From contig JAYWIR010000053.1 of NCBI GenBank assembly GCA_036172245.1, positions 186,001 to 250,000 on the forward strand: 64,000 nt of DNA. Direction: 5' to 3'. A program made the translations under genes and the position numbers. How positions within the stretch are numbered: position 1 is the stretch's first letter; every line of letters begins with the position of its first letter. Below the pieces are notes generated by a model. It searched no databases and had not been told where the DNA came from. It worked only from the letters and a program-made list of their open reading frames with translations. This DNA is from Raillietiella orientalis (lineage: Eukaryota). Below are positions 48,676 through 62,701 of this stretch, piece by piece.

Positions 48676-51600
48676 TCCAAGGTGGATAGGATCTCTCGTT
48701 ATTTAGCTTTTTTTTTCGGCCACTCAAGCGTGTAAGAGTGGAACAGGCGCGCTTTGCGTCATCGTTATTGCTATTCTTTACATATTTTGTCACCGCCAAT
48801 CACTCGGCCTTCATGAAGCGCGATGGCGCAAGTGTGGTCACTTGACCTCTGGCAAGAGCGCTTGCCATAGCCGCGAATTTCCCGAGATTCATTTTCTTGG
48901 GGCTTTCCTGCCACGAGAGGGGCTCTCGACGCTTGACGAGCGAAGTCTTTTGCTGTTTGTCAGCATTTGATTCCATTTTGGCTGGCTTCTACCGCACCTT
49001 TTTTTTTCTTCTGCGGAGTTTTTTTTTACCGCGACCTTTTTCGCACGGCAAAGCGTTGAATCTGCCTTCTTGCTTGTGATTTCCATACAATTTCTTACGT
49101 CGTTTCCGGATAACCTGTTGTATCGGAATTGACATAAAGGGCAATTTTTGGATTGGTGCCCTCGATCTCCACATTTTTCGTATGATGGAGTATTAAATGC
49201 TCATTACAGATGAACGAAAGTGTTTTTCACCTATGGCTTCGTAGGCAGAAGACGACACTCGGGCGTGATGGGCCGCACCGCATTGGTTCCGCTGTGAATG
49301 GTCACGATGTCCTTTAAGGCGCTCCGAACCATCCATAGTGCCTGGACCTTGGCAAATCTCGCCAACGCGTTTCATATGTCGCGATCGAAAACCTCGAGCT
49401 GCGAATATTCGGATTTTGAATAAATAATAACTACAATTGTTATACGATGGATACAAGTCAACAGGAAAGCATTATAAATCACTTCGCAGAATACCGAATG
49501 GTCATGAAATGTTGTGAACACAACGCAGAAAACTGTTAGTTTCTCATTCTATTTGTAATTTTCAAGAGTTCAGTTGACAAATTGAGCATGTTGTGGTGAT
49601 TTGTCAGTACATCATCTGAAGTTCTCATCGCCAAACTAGGAATTATGAGTTCTGCGACTCTTATGTAGCCGCAGTTCGTATACTCTTAAAAGACAAAACC
49701 GGAAGCTACAAGGACTTTATTCTACGCAGCAACTTAATCGCTGCGTCGTTTAATTAGTTTCTCCCTTCAACTTCACCGTCACAACTTTTCCTGCAGGCCA
49801 ACTGCATCTTAGTCTGCCAGGTACTGGCTGAAGGTTACGGCCTCTATTCAATCTGAAAAATTTCTCAGGTTTCTTTTGGGAATCCAATAATCTTCAGCGA
49901 AATCCAAAGATACATCCAATAAAGATAGCTCACATGCAATTCTATGAGGATCTGTTACGATAGAATTTAGAAACAGTGTAAGAAAAGAAGCCGAGACACT
50001 CCCAAATAATCGCAACCCCATTCAAGAGAAATTATGGGTGAACTGAGAAGGAACTTGCTCAGAAATCGAGTGCTTTCTTATGGAGAGAAATGCTTTCTTT
50101 GCTCACACATTCAACTGGTTTCTCTGGAAAATCCGCTTAAGATGGAAGCAAACAGAAAAAACTGGAAGGAAAAGACGAATAAAACTCAAGCAGATAGTTT
50201 GGAATCTTTCAGGAGGAGCTGGAGCCCACGTATTGCAGAGTATTCCGTTAACATGTTCTCAAGGATGTATGCGATCTCTTGGTTGCTTCAGATAAAAAGT
50301 TATGCGGATGCTGTTCTAAAACAAAGAAAGGAATCGCATGGGCTACCTCTGACCCTGTCCACGAGATTCTCTGCAACAGACGAAAAAGGGAGAAACGTAA
50401 TTGCCGAGGGCGAAGATGCTCCTGAATGATTCCTTCCAACAATTTAGTGGTAAATGGAAGAACGCTATCTGCCGCTGTTCCCCCACAACAGAGGTCAACG
50501 GTTAGGTGTGAAAAAGTATTCGCTCTTCCTTTTACGGACAAAAGGCGTGGAAAACCTGTGGAAGAGCTGACTGCTTTTCATCGATGACAGCGATCTCTGA
50601 GTCGCATGGAATCTTTCCCGATTTGTTATTCTCATGCTTTGTTCCCTTCTAAAGACTGCGCCGAATGCGCCGCGCATGTGTCGCTCGGAAGCACCTATTC
50701 CACATCCGCTGCATACAATTCCATGCCCAAAACTCACGTCTGACTTTATTCCCGAGAGAGCCCCCTCGAGGTGAGAAGGGAATGCCTCGCACGGGTGTTT
50801 TTCCTGCTGCTTATCGAATGAAAAGAAGCAAACACCGAGAAAGGCAGAGCAATCGTTTCCCCTTATCAGTCAGCCACATCTTTCCTTTTTAACATGCATA
50901 GCATTCTCCGAGCATCCTGTGATCTCTTCTTGCGCGTAATGTGTGAGGAAATCGTTAAAGGAAGTCGGTGTTTAAGCCGTTTGCACTAATTGCAAAAAGT
51001 TCTTCGCAGTTTGGTCGCTTGGAATGGTTAAATGCAATTTCTGCTTTCTTTAGACGCGCGGCACGCAGCTTGTTTGGTCTTGCTTCTGCACCCTCCCTGA
51101 TTCTCCATCTGGGAGCAAACTCCCCTACAGTGGGAAACCTGCATCTTTGCATCACGTGTACTGGGGTGTGATGATTTCGTAAGCTGTGAGTGTTGGACAA
51201 GTTTTGTTCATGTCGCCACAGGTGTTGACCGCGGTTCTTATTGGTTTGCAGTCTACGGAATTTCTTATTTCTGTGTAAGCTTTGGTGAAGTTTTGTAGAA
51301 CGCGGAATTCGTTATTAGGTCTCATCCCGTGTGCAGTTATGGAAGGCAGGATGCTGTGGCGATTCTTCTTCTCCTACGTAAGGGAATCCATCTGCATATC
51401 AGCGTTTCTCCTCTTAAATTCTGGTTCTTTCTGTTAGGGGCTATCTCATCTGGCGTACTTTTCATATTCATGGCTCAACTTATGGGAACCATTTTTTTTT
51501 TTTTTTTGGCTTGCAATTTCTTTTTTGAACCTGTTTGGACCGTCCAGGGGATCTTTGTCATTCCACTGTGCCTGCACTGTCGGTCTTCTTGTGTTTCCTT

Positions 51601-53619
51601 GAAGATTGAAATTTGTTGCAGCGTGTTTCGATTGTGCCTTCATGCAGTTTACTTCATGTGTACTGTTTTGGTGCTCAACGTACGGATCTGCTTAAGTGGC
51701 TCTATGAATTTTGTTGGATGTCCTATAGAATGGTTTGCTTTTTGTTGATATTTCTAGTCGATTGATTTCTCCAAAGTAGATATTTTCACTTCACTCACTG
51801 AGCAATCTTTCATTTGTTGAATTTCGTGTTCTCCGCGATGTTCGATGTGTTTTCCCATCTCATTGCAGTATGCAAGCAGTTCAATGTATTTGGAACGAAC
51901 GACTATATGCCGGATGGTTGTCGTTGTTCTCTTTGGAGAAACACGCTCGTTTTTTTGATTGTGCTATTTTCAAAAGCACTTGCCTTAGCGTGAAGGAGCA
52001 TGCCGGTTGTATTGTGATGATTTCTTTGCTCTTTTCCTTTCCTACATACTCTCTTTCTGATTTTGCATTGGTTCTCGTAACACTTATGCGCACTTCGTTG
52101 TTGCTGATGCTGTCGTTTCTATTTTTCGTAAATGTTTGCAGCAATGTTTGGAGTCTTTTATTATGGAGAAAGATAGGAAGAGAGCTGGCTGTTTGACGAC
52201 AGCGTCGAACTCCAGCCACGTCTCAATGAGGACAGATGGTGCTCAACCGAATCGAAGAGTTTACTGATCGGCATTGCGTGAGTGGCGTGCGGAAACCTTT
52301 TTCTTATAGCTGTGTCTACTGCTCAACCTACTTTTCTTGTGTACATTTGTTCCCGCATGCTTTCTTTCGAGTGTAAGGAAATTTTTCGCAGCTATTTTAC
52401 GTCCCCGCGAAGCTTTGTACTCCATGTGTCCTTTTAAACGCTAAAGTGTCACCGAATCCTTTTTCTTTCAGACTGTGTTGTTGAGCTGTGGTGCGCTTGG
52501 CGCAGCATCTTCTTACAAGGGAAACATTACGATTCCATTGAAGGGATCGCTCGCACGTGTCATTGCCCTTGTGGACAAGAGTGGGCCATGTTCTTCTGTT
52601 TTCAACAACAGTTATGGAAATTGTCAACTTTTGTTCACTAATTCGCGGGTTCGAGCGCCACGTGGCTCGTGTTCCCTGTCTTTTTCTGTAAGCGCACGTT
52701 TGCAATGTAGTAAAACTTAGCAGAATTTCAGCTGCCAGACTTCCAAGGAACTATGAATGTGAAATTCACTTTGAATGCATTCAACGGGGAATGTTTCCTA
52801 CAGCCTACAGGAGGTGCATCTCGAAGGTTTGTTTCCATTCGATTCTTCGTCTGTGTTGAGATGCGCTGCACTCTGAACTGCACTGTCGCTTTTTATTTTT
52901 GTTGAAGAGAAGTTTCTAGAAACATGGAAAACGGTTGTTCGATTTCAACTATTTGGAACTGTCTGCTTTGTCTTCTTTGAATTACAAGGGGTGTGGAAAC
53001 GTGCATGTTTCGAGAACAGTGTTTCCATGTGTTTTTATGTTCGCAGTGGAAAAAGTTTCCTAAAGATATTTGACATTCTTTTACTCTTTTTTTCATCTTG
53101 TGATGTTCCAGTTAAACAAAAATACAAAAACTCACGATTATCATTAGGGAATATGCTTGGAAACTTTGAATCCACGCATCCATCATGTGTGTGTTGCATC
53201 TTTTGATAACGTATTGTACTTTGTTTATGCTTCAGGCTAACTCCTGGAACAAATCATGGAACTGTTCCCAGCAAAGTGCAGTGTAGATGGAACCCTAACC
53301 CAAATAAGGACTTCGCAGTTATACTGTCGAGTCCAACTCCGTGAGCAAACTATTCTCTCAGGGGTTTAGAAAGGTTCGGTAACATCATTCACTGATGACA
53401 ATAAAAAGTATTCCCACTTCATTTGAAACTACCTGAAGTAGATTTTTCTTGCTTTCGAATATAAAGGACACTGAAGATCTCAAATATTCGACGTAAGCAG
53501 AACAGAAGGCACGGGAATTTAAAATTGAAATACTTTCAGACATTCATTCGAAGCATTAGGAATATTCTAGTCTCGGTTTTGAATTCCATGTGATCTAACG
53601 CCTGTAGTCTATATTTCAT

Positions 53620-54359
53620 TTTCTGTTCGGACTAGCGAATGTGTGGATTCCAGTTGTGAAGACTCTTGTGGAAGGGAAATTCCTTCCCGCACCTTCTAAT
53701 CGAGTGTGCGGCCCTCCTTCCAATGTCCAATCGAGCGTTGTCGAAAGTGTCCATTCCATCTGGTCACTGAAAAAGCATTCCACGTAGCTCCCTGCTTCAA
53801 GACGCCTTGCCAGCAGTCTCGTGTATGGCACGTTTCTGTTTCGTGCGCGGAATCCTGGACAAGTGGCCTGCGTCAGGGATCATCCGCAACATCCGGAATA
53901 CCATTCACTGGAAAGCCATTTCCATAAAAAAAATTGCCCATGACACTGCCTTTAAACTCTAGCACCTGTACTTGTCCACGCCTTGTCCGCCTCCGTCTTG
54001 CAGAAGACCATCCGTGGCGAGCAGTGATCACTTCCCTCCACCCATCGGAGAACACCGCTCTCTTAGTTTTCTTTGTTTCCTCTTGTTTTATTTGTGGGTT
54101 CTGTCTTCAACGGCTTTATATTTAACAAGGCGTCCTACGTCAGGTGTCCTGGATTGGTAACGATTGTGTAGGTACGCTTCATTCTTTAATGTCGAGGGGA
54201 GTAGGCCTTACCAGCACTCAAGTCGGTACACAAGTGCAAAAGAATACGGAAAAGTGTTCCAACAGGAACACAAAACAATGAAAAATCAATCGACTGCAAT
54301 TAAAAATTGTAATTTTGTTTTTTCAAATTGATAAAAGCCCTGGCTTACCTGGGTGAAAA
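53620..54359 (+). mobile_element. Old LINE 3' fragment with terminal motif
   Basis: GILDKW..RNTIHWKAIS-like remnant at 53848-53925; GTGATC + C-rich + T-rich UTR; GATAAAAGCCCTGGCTTACCTGGGTG-AAAA. Confidence 0.75.
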
Positions 54360-54389
54360 CATTCCTTTAATGCTTCGCCAAACCTATAT

Positions 54390-55710
54390 TGAGCGGATGC
54401 TTCTGCACCGCGCTACAGAGCAAAAATGGTGTCAAGGAACTTCTGTTTAGGTGTGTGCACGTGCATAGAGTTTCATGAGAGCGATGCCTGTGGACAACGC
54501 GATCGAAATTAGAGTAGGGAAGGCGAATCTTCTCTTCAAGTGAAGGATGTGCAAGCGACCGTTCCTACGGAATGCTCCTCATGCTCTTTGAAGGAGCTCT
54601 AGCAGAAGCCTCCACCTATAACGCAACAAACTGCCTGTGGGCAATTATACGCAAGGTAGGCGGCATGTACTTGGAGACACCTTACCCGTGTTCGCCAATG
54701 AACTCCAAAGATTTGAAGTTAAGGAAGAAGACTTTTAAGGTCTTACCGTGCAGAGTGGGTGTCAGCACATCAAGCAGAATTGCAAAGACGTAACTGTGGT
54801 ATAGCGCTTGCTAAGAACGCTATGTTGCTATGCCGACGCAGCTACTTCCCTGTCTCCGAAGAACGGCAAGTAGTGATCGAAATGAAAGGCATCACTTGTC
54901 AGATGAATAAAAACGCAGTAAGAAAGTAACCCCAGCATCACGGGAACTTGCGCGCGCTTTGGAGCAAGTCCTACCACTTTGGGGAGTACGAAAAGCTTTT
55001 CAGAGTACCGTTCGCCGGGCTCGCAACCATCGAAAAAAACTCAAGGCTTTTCTAGAAGATCTAGTTGGGAAACAAGTATGTGCATTTATCGTACGTGAAG
55101 AAGTCTGAGTAACGCGGGCACACTGATGCTACGGATTACTTAAAAAACTGGTGCCCGAACATGCAGGGAAACCTTTGTGAAGAGAAGGGTCACAGGTCAC
55201 ATGCCTGGCGTTCTCCCAAAAAGAGAAGCCCAGGCTTTTCATTCCCAAACTATCAAACAGAAGTATCGCGAACAAAGTGCCGACAACGCAGGCGGAAGCC
55301 AAGACTGGCAGGTGGTAAAGACCCGAAACAACGTTCAGCGAGCCCAATAAGGGCGAAAAAACCTGGCTCAACGAGCCTTCGGATCCGGAGGATTTTTGTG
55401 GTTTCTGTCTGCGCGCGTCGGCAGAAGAGCACACTGTAGCTCTCACCTGCGACGCATGGCCGTTGCGGTTCGAAAGTACGCCTAGATCAACTGCCTCCCA
55501 GGGAACTAATTTGCATGGTTAGACGAGTCAGTCTCCTCCTGGGAAAAGATCCACGTTTCGGCGGGCACAAGGAACACTTGCATGAAAAGGCACGCCCACG
55601 GGACGCTGCAGAAGACCGTACAGTCCCACGACCAGCTTCTGTGTCCCTTGATAACCCTCTTTGCCCATGTGCTGCCCTTCCTTTTGAATACCAGAGACAG
55701 TAGCCAACAG
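54390..55710 (+). mobile_element. Decayed ORF1 relic fused to an internal family-A ORF2 piece (about 55370-55710)
   Basis: RKVGGMY block resembles ORF1 YKVGGLY; 55370-55710 aligns with 13880-14215. Confidence 0.6.
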
Positions 55711-55711
55711 G

Positions 55712-58450
55712 GTATCAAAAAGCCACTCACTCGCTGGTAGGAGTCTGGTTCACCCATTAATGCGGTTTTCCTTAAGAACGGAGAATCCTCGGCGCAGGCA
55801 AGGCACCGGGTCGGCATTCATCAGCATGCCCAACAAGTGATCGGACTGAGTGGTCAATGTGTCTCGAAAACCCTGAATGCGATTTCCAAGTTCGGTGCTG
55901 TGAAGGAGGTGATCGTTCGGCTTGTGACTTGCTGTTCGCCACACAAGTCCGAACTTTCCGGATAGCCGCCGATATCGCCGTCTTTGCTCTGGCGTACTGG
56001 GAATGAGTGATCTCATCCGATATGTTGAGATCGCAAGCAACAATCACGATGTCCTTGGGTACGACCTTTTCACGGAGTGCTGCATGCAGCGCCTCCGCAC
56101 AACGATGTTTCAGCCTGTGCGGCCCGGACACGTTCACAGGGATGAGGTGAACAGTAGCGGACCAGGCCAGTCGCACGCCGATGCTTCGTCCGGGTTGGGG
56201 ACAGAACACTTCCAGAATAGTGAAAGTCAAGTTGTTCTTGATTAGGACCGCCACACCCTGCGTGTTCCTTTCTCCCTCGCTGATGAAAATCTGCCCGTTG
56301 AATCGCCGTTCCATTTGCTGACTAATCTCGAGACCCATCTTGTGGGTCCCCTGCAGGCACACTATGTCTTGTTGTGCGATGGTCCGCATAATCCTTTTTC
56401 TTCTTCCCTGGTCGACCACACCGTTTACATTCCAGGGCGCGATGTTTAGCCTTCTGGCGGTCGATAGGGAAGAGGCCATAAAATAAGAAGTCCTCTTTCT
56501 TGGCCTTCGTGAGCTTCTCCTGTCTTAGAGAGCGTGCTCTTCCAGACAATGAAGGAGCAGCGGGCTTCTCGCTGCCGGCGTCACTCTCTGTTCCAATGAG
56601 GCCGGTTACTTCCGCCTCCTCCGTCGAGTGTTGCGCCCGCGCGATCAATTTTGTAGACAGCGCCTCTATCTCGACCTTGGCGCAGAATTTCGCCTTTACG
56701 TCGAGAAGCTGTTCCTCTAGCTTCTCGCGCTCGGTGCTTCCACAACCTAGTTGACCTCCTCCTGTGCATTGCAGATCTGAGAGATTTTATCTTGCTGGGG
56801 ACCGCTCTGCACCTCTATGAAATCATTGGCCGCTGATGCCAGCTCCTCCGTAAATTGCAGGGCCTCCCACGAAACCGGAGTGGCTTCAGCTATTTCTTCT
56901 TCCGCGCCTTCCTGCGTTACCTCCATCTTCTCGCCTTCTTGCTCTTCACGTTCCAGGATAAGAGGGGTTTCCTGCTCCTTGACGAGCATATTCCTCTGTC
57001 CTTTCTTCCCTATCTGTATAAAGCCGTCTTCCGCTACCGGGACGGCTTCTTTCACCTTCTTCGGCCTTCCCGCCTTCTGAGTCTGTTCCGCCTCCTTGGT
57101 GTTTCTCTCTCTCACGGCAGAGAGACCTCGAATCCTTCTGCAGTTTGCGAACTCCGGACAGCTCCATTTGGGATGTTTGTGTTTCTTGCAGAGGGAGCAC
57201 ACCTCCGGCTGCGGGCAGTTTCGGACTTGATGTCCTACTTTGCCGCAGCGGAAACGACGACACGTTGGGCAATCGCCGGCCCTCTGGCCGAACTGCTTGC
57301 ACCCTGTGCAGAATATCGGCTGTTGCCGGTAACCCACGGTCACTCCCTGGGATTGTTCGTCAAGAACGGCTAATTCAGGGATCACAGCTCCCTATTTCAA
57401 CTTCATTTTGGCGATCATGTCGCGAGAAAATATATTTTCAGAGAACTTCTGGAATTCAAGGTCCAGAACTTCCCCATACTGTTCCAAAAAGTTCCACACC
57501 GTTAGTTGGGGTGTGAGGATGGAGATGCCGTTCAGAAAGACGGTTGTGAATGGCATCTCGGCAATACCACAAACCATGCTCTCTTGTATATTGATCCCCT
57601 TGATCAATAGATTTCTAATATTTTTACATTCTGTGAAGGCTGTGAACCCGTTGTTTGCTGGTATGATCGCCTGTATGCGATCAAAATTCATGTCCGTTTT
57701 ATCGAGGGACAGATGCACCTCCCTGATATTATTTAACTTGATCAGCCCTGTCTTGAAAATGAGGGGCTCCACATTCGGCCCTAACTTTACGATCGGCCGA
57801 TACACCTTTTGGACATTGCAGCATTGCGGCTTTCCGAATTTTCTTGGTTGGTGGACACTCGCTTGTCCAGCCGCCACGGACGCATAGGAAAAGGGCTGCG
57901 CCGCCGCAGGCGAACAAGATGGCGTCTCACCCTGAACTGCGTAGACGCCCGCGGGTCCTGCCTGGGACGTCCCCGCCGCGATCGGAACCCTCGACGTCGC
58001 CATCGTTGCCGCCGTGGGCGGCACCCTCGGGATCGCCGCCTCAGACGCGCCCTTTCTCACCGCGGGCACGATGCTTGGCGTCGCCGCCGCGGGCACGACC
58101 TCCGCCTTCGTCGCCGCGGGCACGACTCTTGGCATCGCCGCCGTAGGCGAAGCAAAGCCCGCCGCGGGCGCGATCCTGGAAATGCCTGCCACCGCCTCGC
58201 CGTTGCCGCACGTTACCTCCATGGCTTCCATGGGGGACGACGGTCTCTCTACTCCTCCTCCAGGTGCCTGGATTCTGTCAGCTGGTCTTGCTGCACGGGA
58301 TGACTGCAGGTCTTTCGCTGTGATCTTCTCTGCGCTTCTTTTTTAGCTGTATGAGGAGATCCTATGCAGCACACTGTACTCCATACTAACTTTCTTCAGG
58401 AAACTTTCCCTCTCCGGGCACTGACGATCACAATTGACTGATTAATCGTC
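55712..58450 (-). mobile_element. Family B 5' part (B2): ORF1 pseudogene and nearly complete endonuclease domain (ATG 56479)
   Basis: ORFs 57392-58231, 56747-57385 (three knuckles) and 55772-56479 (WNVNG, QGTH, GVAV, CDLN, RHIDH); paralogue of B1. Confidence 0.9.
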
Positions 58451-58479
58451 TTCGTGCGGTTTTATTCGAGAGCACCTCC

Positions 58480-61400
58480 AAACCGACAGAGCAGGTGAGT
58501 GGCGAAGCGCCTGCGCTTCAATCAGACTCTGAAACGGTGTCTGAGTTCACCGACGCACGTCGGATCACACGCGCGGAAGCCGAAGCGCGACGGGCTAAGG
58601 CCCTGTGGCGCGCAGCGCAGGCCGCGAAGGAGCGAGAGCTCATCCCGGAGCGTTAAACGACGTAACGCAAAAAGGAGCACTCGATTTCGTGCAGCACCAA
58701 GGAGAACGGTGGCAACCGTGATCTCCAGTCAGCAGTGATGCTCACCGTCCGCTCGCCGGATAAAGCGCGCAAAATGCCGCCAACTTCTTAGCATCAATGC
58801 GGGGAATCGCGTCTTCTCGTCGTATGTGCGTCACGTCTTGGAACGTGAACGGACTGCAGAATGACGAGAAGAGGCGCTTAGTAGCGAACGCCCTGCGCAT
58901 CTTCGATCTCGTACTTCTGCAGGAGATTCACGTAATCTCCGACGAGCAGGCAGCCGAAATCGAGGATCGCTTAGGCGGAACGCTACTTTGGCGGTGAGGC
59001 GACACTCACACGTGCGGCGTCGCGTTCCTCGTAAGAGGAAAAATGGCGGAAGCGGTACGTATTGTTTGTTTTGACGACGACGGACGCGTGGGCCAACTTG
59101 TCGTCAAGTGATCCGAGTCCATCGATCTTGTCGTGACGAACATCTACGCTCCGAGTGGCTCTCGCTACTGCGAAAAAAGAATTGCGCTCTTCGAGGTAGT
59201 GAAATGCCCTTGGCACAACAACTCCGGGTCCCAAGTGGCGCACCTCTTCGCAGGGGACTTCAACATCCACCTGCTCTCTGAAGATTAGAACTGCCCGAGG
59301 GAGCGCACGTCGGCCATCGAGATGTGCGCGTCAGTACGGGCTTCCAACTTGATGGTCGGCGTACCTGAGATGGACAGGTCACCGGATCACATCTTTCCCG
59401 ATGAAAACCTGCACCCTTGTGTGGAAAGAAGAGGAAGATTGTCGTCCGGTCTCTCTGACCATCACAGATTGGAGTTCGAGCTCCTTCCGCCAGGCAAGGG
59501 GCCTCCGTTAAAGAACTGGAGGATGCCGGCGGATTGGCTTTGCCATCCGTAGGCGGCGCATGATCTCCGTCAGCACCTCCGGACCTTCGTCATCCGCGAA
59601 CTCGCGGACTGGGATCATTTAAGGAGTTTAGTCCGGGAGTTCTGTGAACGGTTTCCCTTGCACCGGCTTCCGTGTGGCTTTGGAGAAGGGGTCGCCAACA
59701 GCAGGACTTTTCCGCAGGCGCGCACCTTTTCGAGACGCGCAGATGTCAGCCGGCTTGCGGAATACAGGGCGAGAGCCGAGCGCCAGTTCTGGCAGTCAGG
59801 AGCATCTTCCCTGCTCGATAAAATAGGCCTGGAATGCTCGGCACCAGCCGGTATTCGCTTTATAATAAAAAGTTATTACTCCTCGCCTGACGCGGAAGCA
59901 CCAACGGAAATTATCTTTTCGGAGATACTGCCTTCCCAGGTTGCTGCCGTAGTTAGCGAATAGGAACGCTCACGTCTCGACGAGTCCTTCAAGGAGGAGG
60001 AAATTTCCTTCGCAATAGCGAAGCTCAAGAGACGAAAAGCGGCAGGCGATGATGGGCTGCCAGCGAAGTTTTATCACTGCTTCGCGGGGAAGCTCGTCCC
60101 CCTGGTGAATCGCCTCCCGTCGCTGATGAGTGTTTCCGGGGATGTCCCCAACTCCTTCCGCTCAGCGAGGGTGCGTCTCCTTCCGAAAGGTGGAGACGCA
60201 CGCCATCTCGACAACTGGCGTCCGATCACTTTGGTGAACTCGGACGTCAAGTTGTTCTCCAAGATTTGGGTTGCGCGCCTAGGGAGAATCTCGCCGTCCT
60301 TGGAGAGCCCGGAGCAGACTTACGCTGTTCCCGGGAGATCCATGGACGCGAACCTCCTGTTTTCACGCACCTGGATGCAGCTGCAGGAGCGCGTAGCGCA
60401 GCAAAGTCGATCCGTGACAAATGCCACTGCTAAAGGCACACGGTGTCGACAGAAGCGGCAAGAGGGAACGCCAGGTGCCTTGGCGGTAGCAGTAGACCTC
60501 CACAAGGCGTTCGATTGCTTGAACCAAACACTCCCATTGGAGTTCTTGGAACGCCTGGGTCTCCCGGCGCCACTCCTAAAGTACTTGCGCGCATGCTGGT
60601 GCCACGGGCTAACTTGCACTTCTTTTAGCGGCTGCAACGTGTACGGTATTCTCTTGCGCAGGGGCTTCAGGCAGGGTGACAGTTTAAGCCCGTTGCTTTT
60701 CAGCATCTTCTTTGAGTTGATGCTGAGAGCGTACAGGCTGACGCTGGAATACCTGCCTAGCTCTTGCCCGGGAACGCCTGCCGTGGCTGTCTATGAAGAT
60801 GACCTGCTTCTTCTGCTCCCCATGTCCACCCTGGCGTCCAGTGTCGAAGATTTCTTTGACCTGATTCGTCGATGAGCGGGCGTGAGCGTGAACAGAGAGA
60901 AGAGCGTGGTCGTTCCTGTGGGTGCGTCGTGGGAGGAACAGTCCGACTGGATCCACCTGGGGATCCCCACGGCGGTGTACTTCAAGTACCTTGGCGTTTC
61001 GTTGGGCGACCTCGGCGCTGCCGAGGCGTGGTCGGACTGCCTTCATAAGGCCGAGTTGGCCGCCAGCCCGTTCATTAACGGCAAGATCACATTGCTGGAA
61101 CGGGCGGCTATTTTTAACACCTTCGTGGCTCCCCTCCGCCGACCCATCTTTCCTGTCTTCGACCCCCCCTATGCGGCCAAAGAGCGGCCAAAACGCCTGC
61201 TAAGGAACGCTCTCTGGAGTCCGGCGCGAACCAAGATCCGCCTGAAAGACCTCTCTGCTCCACGTCGGGATGCTGGACTTGGCATCCTGACCATGGAGAG
61301 AATCGGACTGCTAGTGCATTTCCGGATGGTCGCACTTTGTGCCGAGTTATGGACTTCCCCTCTGTGTGTGCCTGCGCGCATCCTCCTAAGGAGATGCTCA

Positions 61401-62701
61401 GGCAGTGAAGGATTACTTTCTTTAACGCCTGGCTTGCGCCACAGGAAACAGGGATTTGGCTATCCTTTGAGGAAAATCGCCACCCTATTGGAAGCCAGTA
61501 CGTGGATTACCTGCCGCCCAATGAACTATTATGCTTGGAAGCAGGAATCCATTGATTCGTGGGCTGCATTCTTAGGAATGAGCCGTGAAGATCTTCGCCT
61601 TCTGCGTCGATTCCAGCCTTGGTCACTCCAAGATGTCATGCAGGACGAGGTAAAGCTTTCCTCCTTGGCCGCCACCCCGCTTGCCAAAGCACTGTCTGCC
61701 CTCGAGGCTCGAGATGACAGTAGCCAGCCGGCAAGGTGGGAGTTCTCCTGCACCATTGCAGGAAGAACAAGACCAGTTGGCGAATGGACCACGAGCGAGC
61801 TTGCGGATGCCGCCGCTCCTAGTGCTACATCAAAGGGGTTTCTTCGGTGGGGAGAAACTCTTGGTGTTGCCCCCGAAGAACTTATAGTCCTTCCCTGGTA
61901 TTTGGACGGTTCGCTGTTTCCACTTGCATGGAAGCCAGACGTTTTGCTCTTCTTGCACTGGGGATTGCGCTAAAACGAGCGGCGCCACCGAGTTTCCGGT
62001 GGGGTTGCTTCTGCCTACTGTGACCGCTGCGGAGCGACGGAGTCGTTTCCGCACCTTGTTATGGACTGCGGTGCCCTCTGGCTACTGTGGAAAAGGCTAG
62101 CAGCAGCTCTTCCGTCATTAGAAGACACCGCTCGAGAAGTGCTGCGACGGTTCTTCCAGACACAAGGACTTTCGATGGCTGCGACGATTTCCACTGTTGG
62201 TTGCATCCGCGCCATCGTCACAGTCCGAGACGTGCTGGAGAATACTGGACAGCAATGTTGTGTCACCAGGAAGGCAGCGGACTTCATCAGGTCGGCAGCT
62301 GCGGGGCGACACTTATATGAAGACACAACGGAGGAGCTAAGCGGTATCCATCGCCGGATCAGCAACGGCTTAGAACGACGAAATCGGTGAACCGCCCTCA
62401 TTTATTTTTGATTGGTTTTTGTGTTCTAGCGTCCTTTTCCCTATACGCTCCGCAGTCCTTTTGCTGCTAGAACTCTTGAATTTCCCGTTGAGTGCTTGCA
62501 ACAACAAGGTTCCCTTGCCCCCTACTCCCATTTACAATTTTGTTTTTTTTTTGGACTCCACTCAGTCGTCCATGTTCTTCCGTTTTCCTGGCCTGCGTGC
62601 AAAGGGTGCATCTCCGATGCATGTTTTCAGAGTAGAGAGCTGAAAACAGTCGTTTCCAGTTCGTTTATGTCAATAAACGTCCCACCGTGACCGGGTGAAA
62701 A
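58480..62701 (+). mobile_element. Family F copy F2: ORF1 end, ORF2 pseudogene 58797-62390 and complete 3' end abutting a host GDFN motif
   Basis: ORFs 58797-58997, 59322-59552, 60105-60875 (DLHKAFD, RQGDSLSP, YEDD), 60882-61973 and 62061-62390; AATAAACGTCCCACCGTGACCGGGTG-AAAA at 62672-62701. Confidence 0.9.

Noticed and set aside
50034..52720. Short ORFs in the non-repeat island as protein-coding genes
   Set aside because: All are under 140 aa, compositionally biased and without recognisable motifs.
53291..53301. AACCCTAACCC telomere-like seed
   Set aside because: Fewer than two full units; expected by chance.
21822..62701. H1 (5' end) and F2 (3' end) as two ends of a single giant nested insertion
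   Set aside because: The left host is family A-type and the right host is D/E-type, so they do not rejoin into one element.
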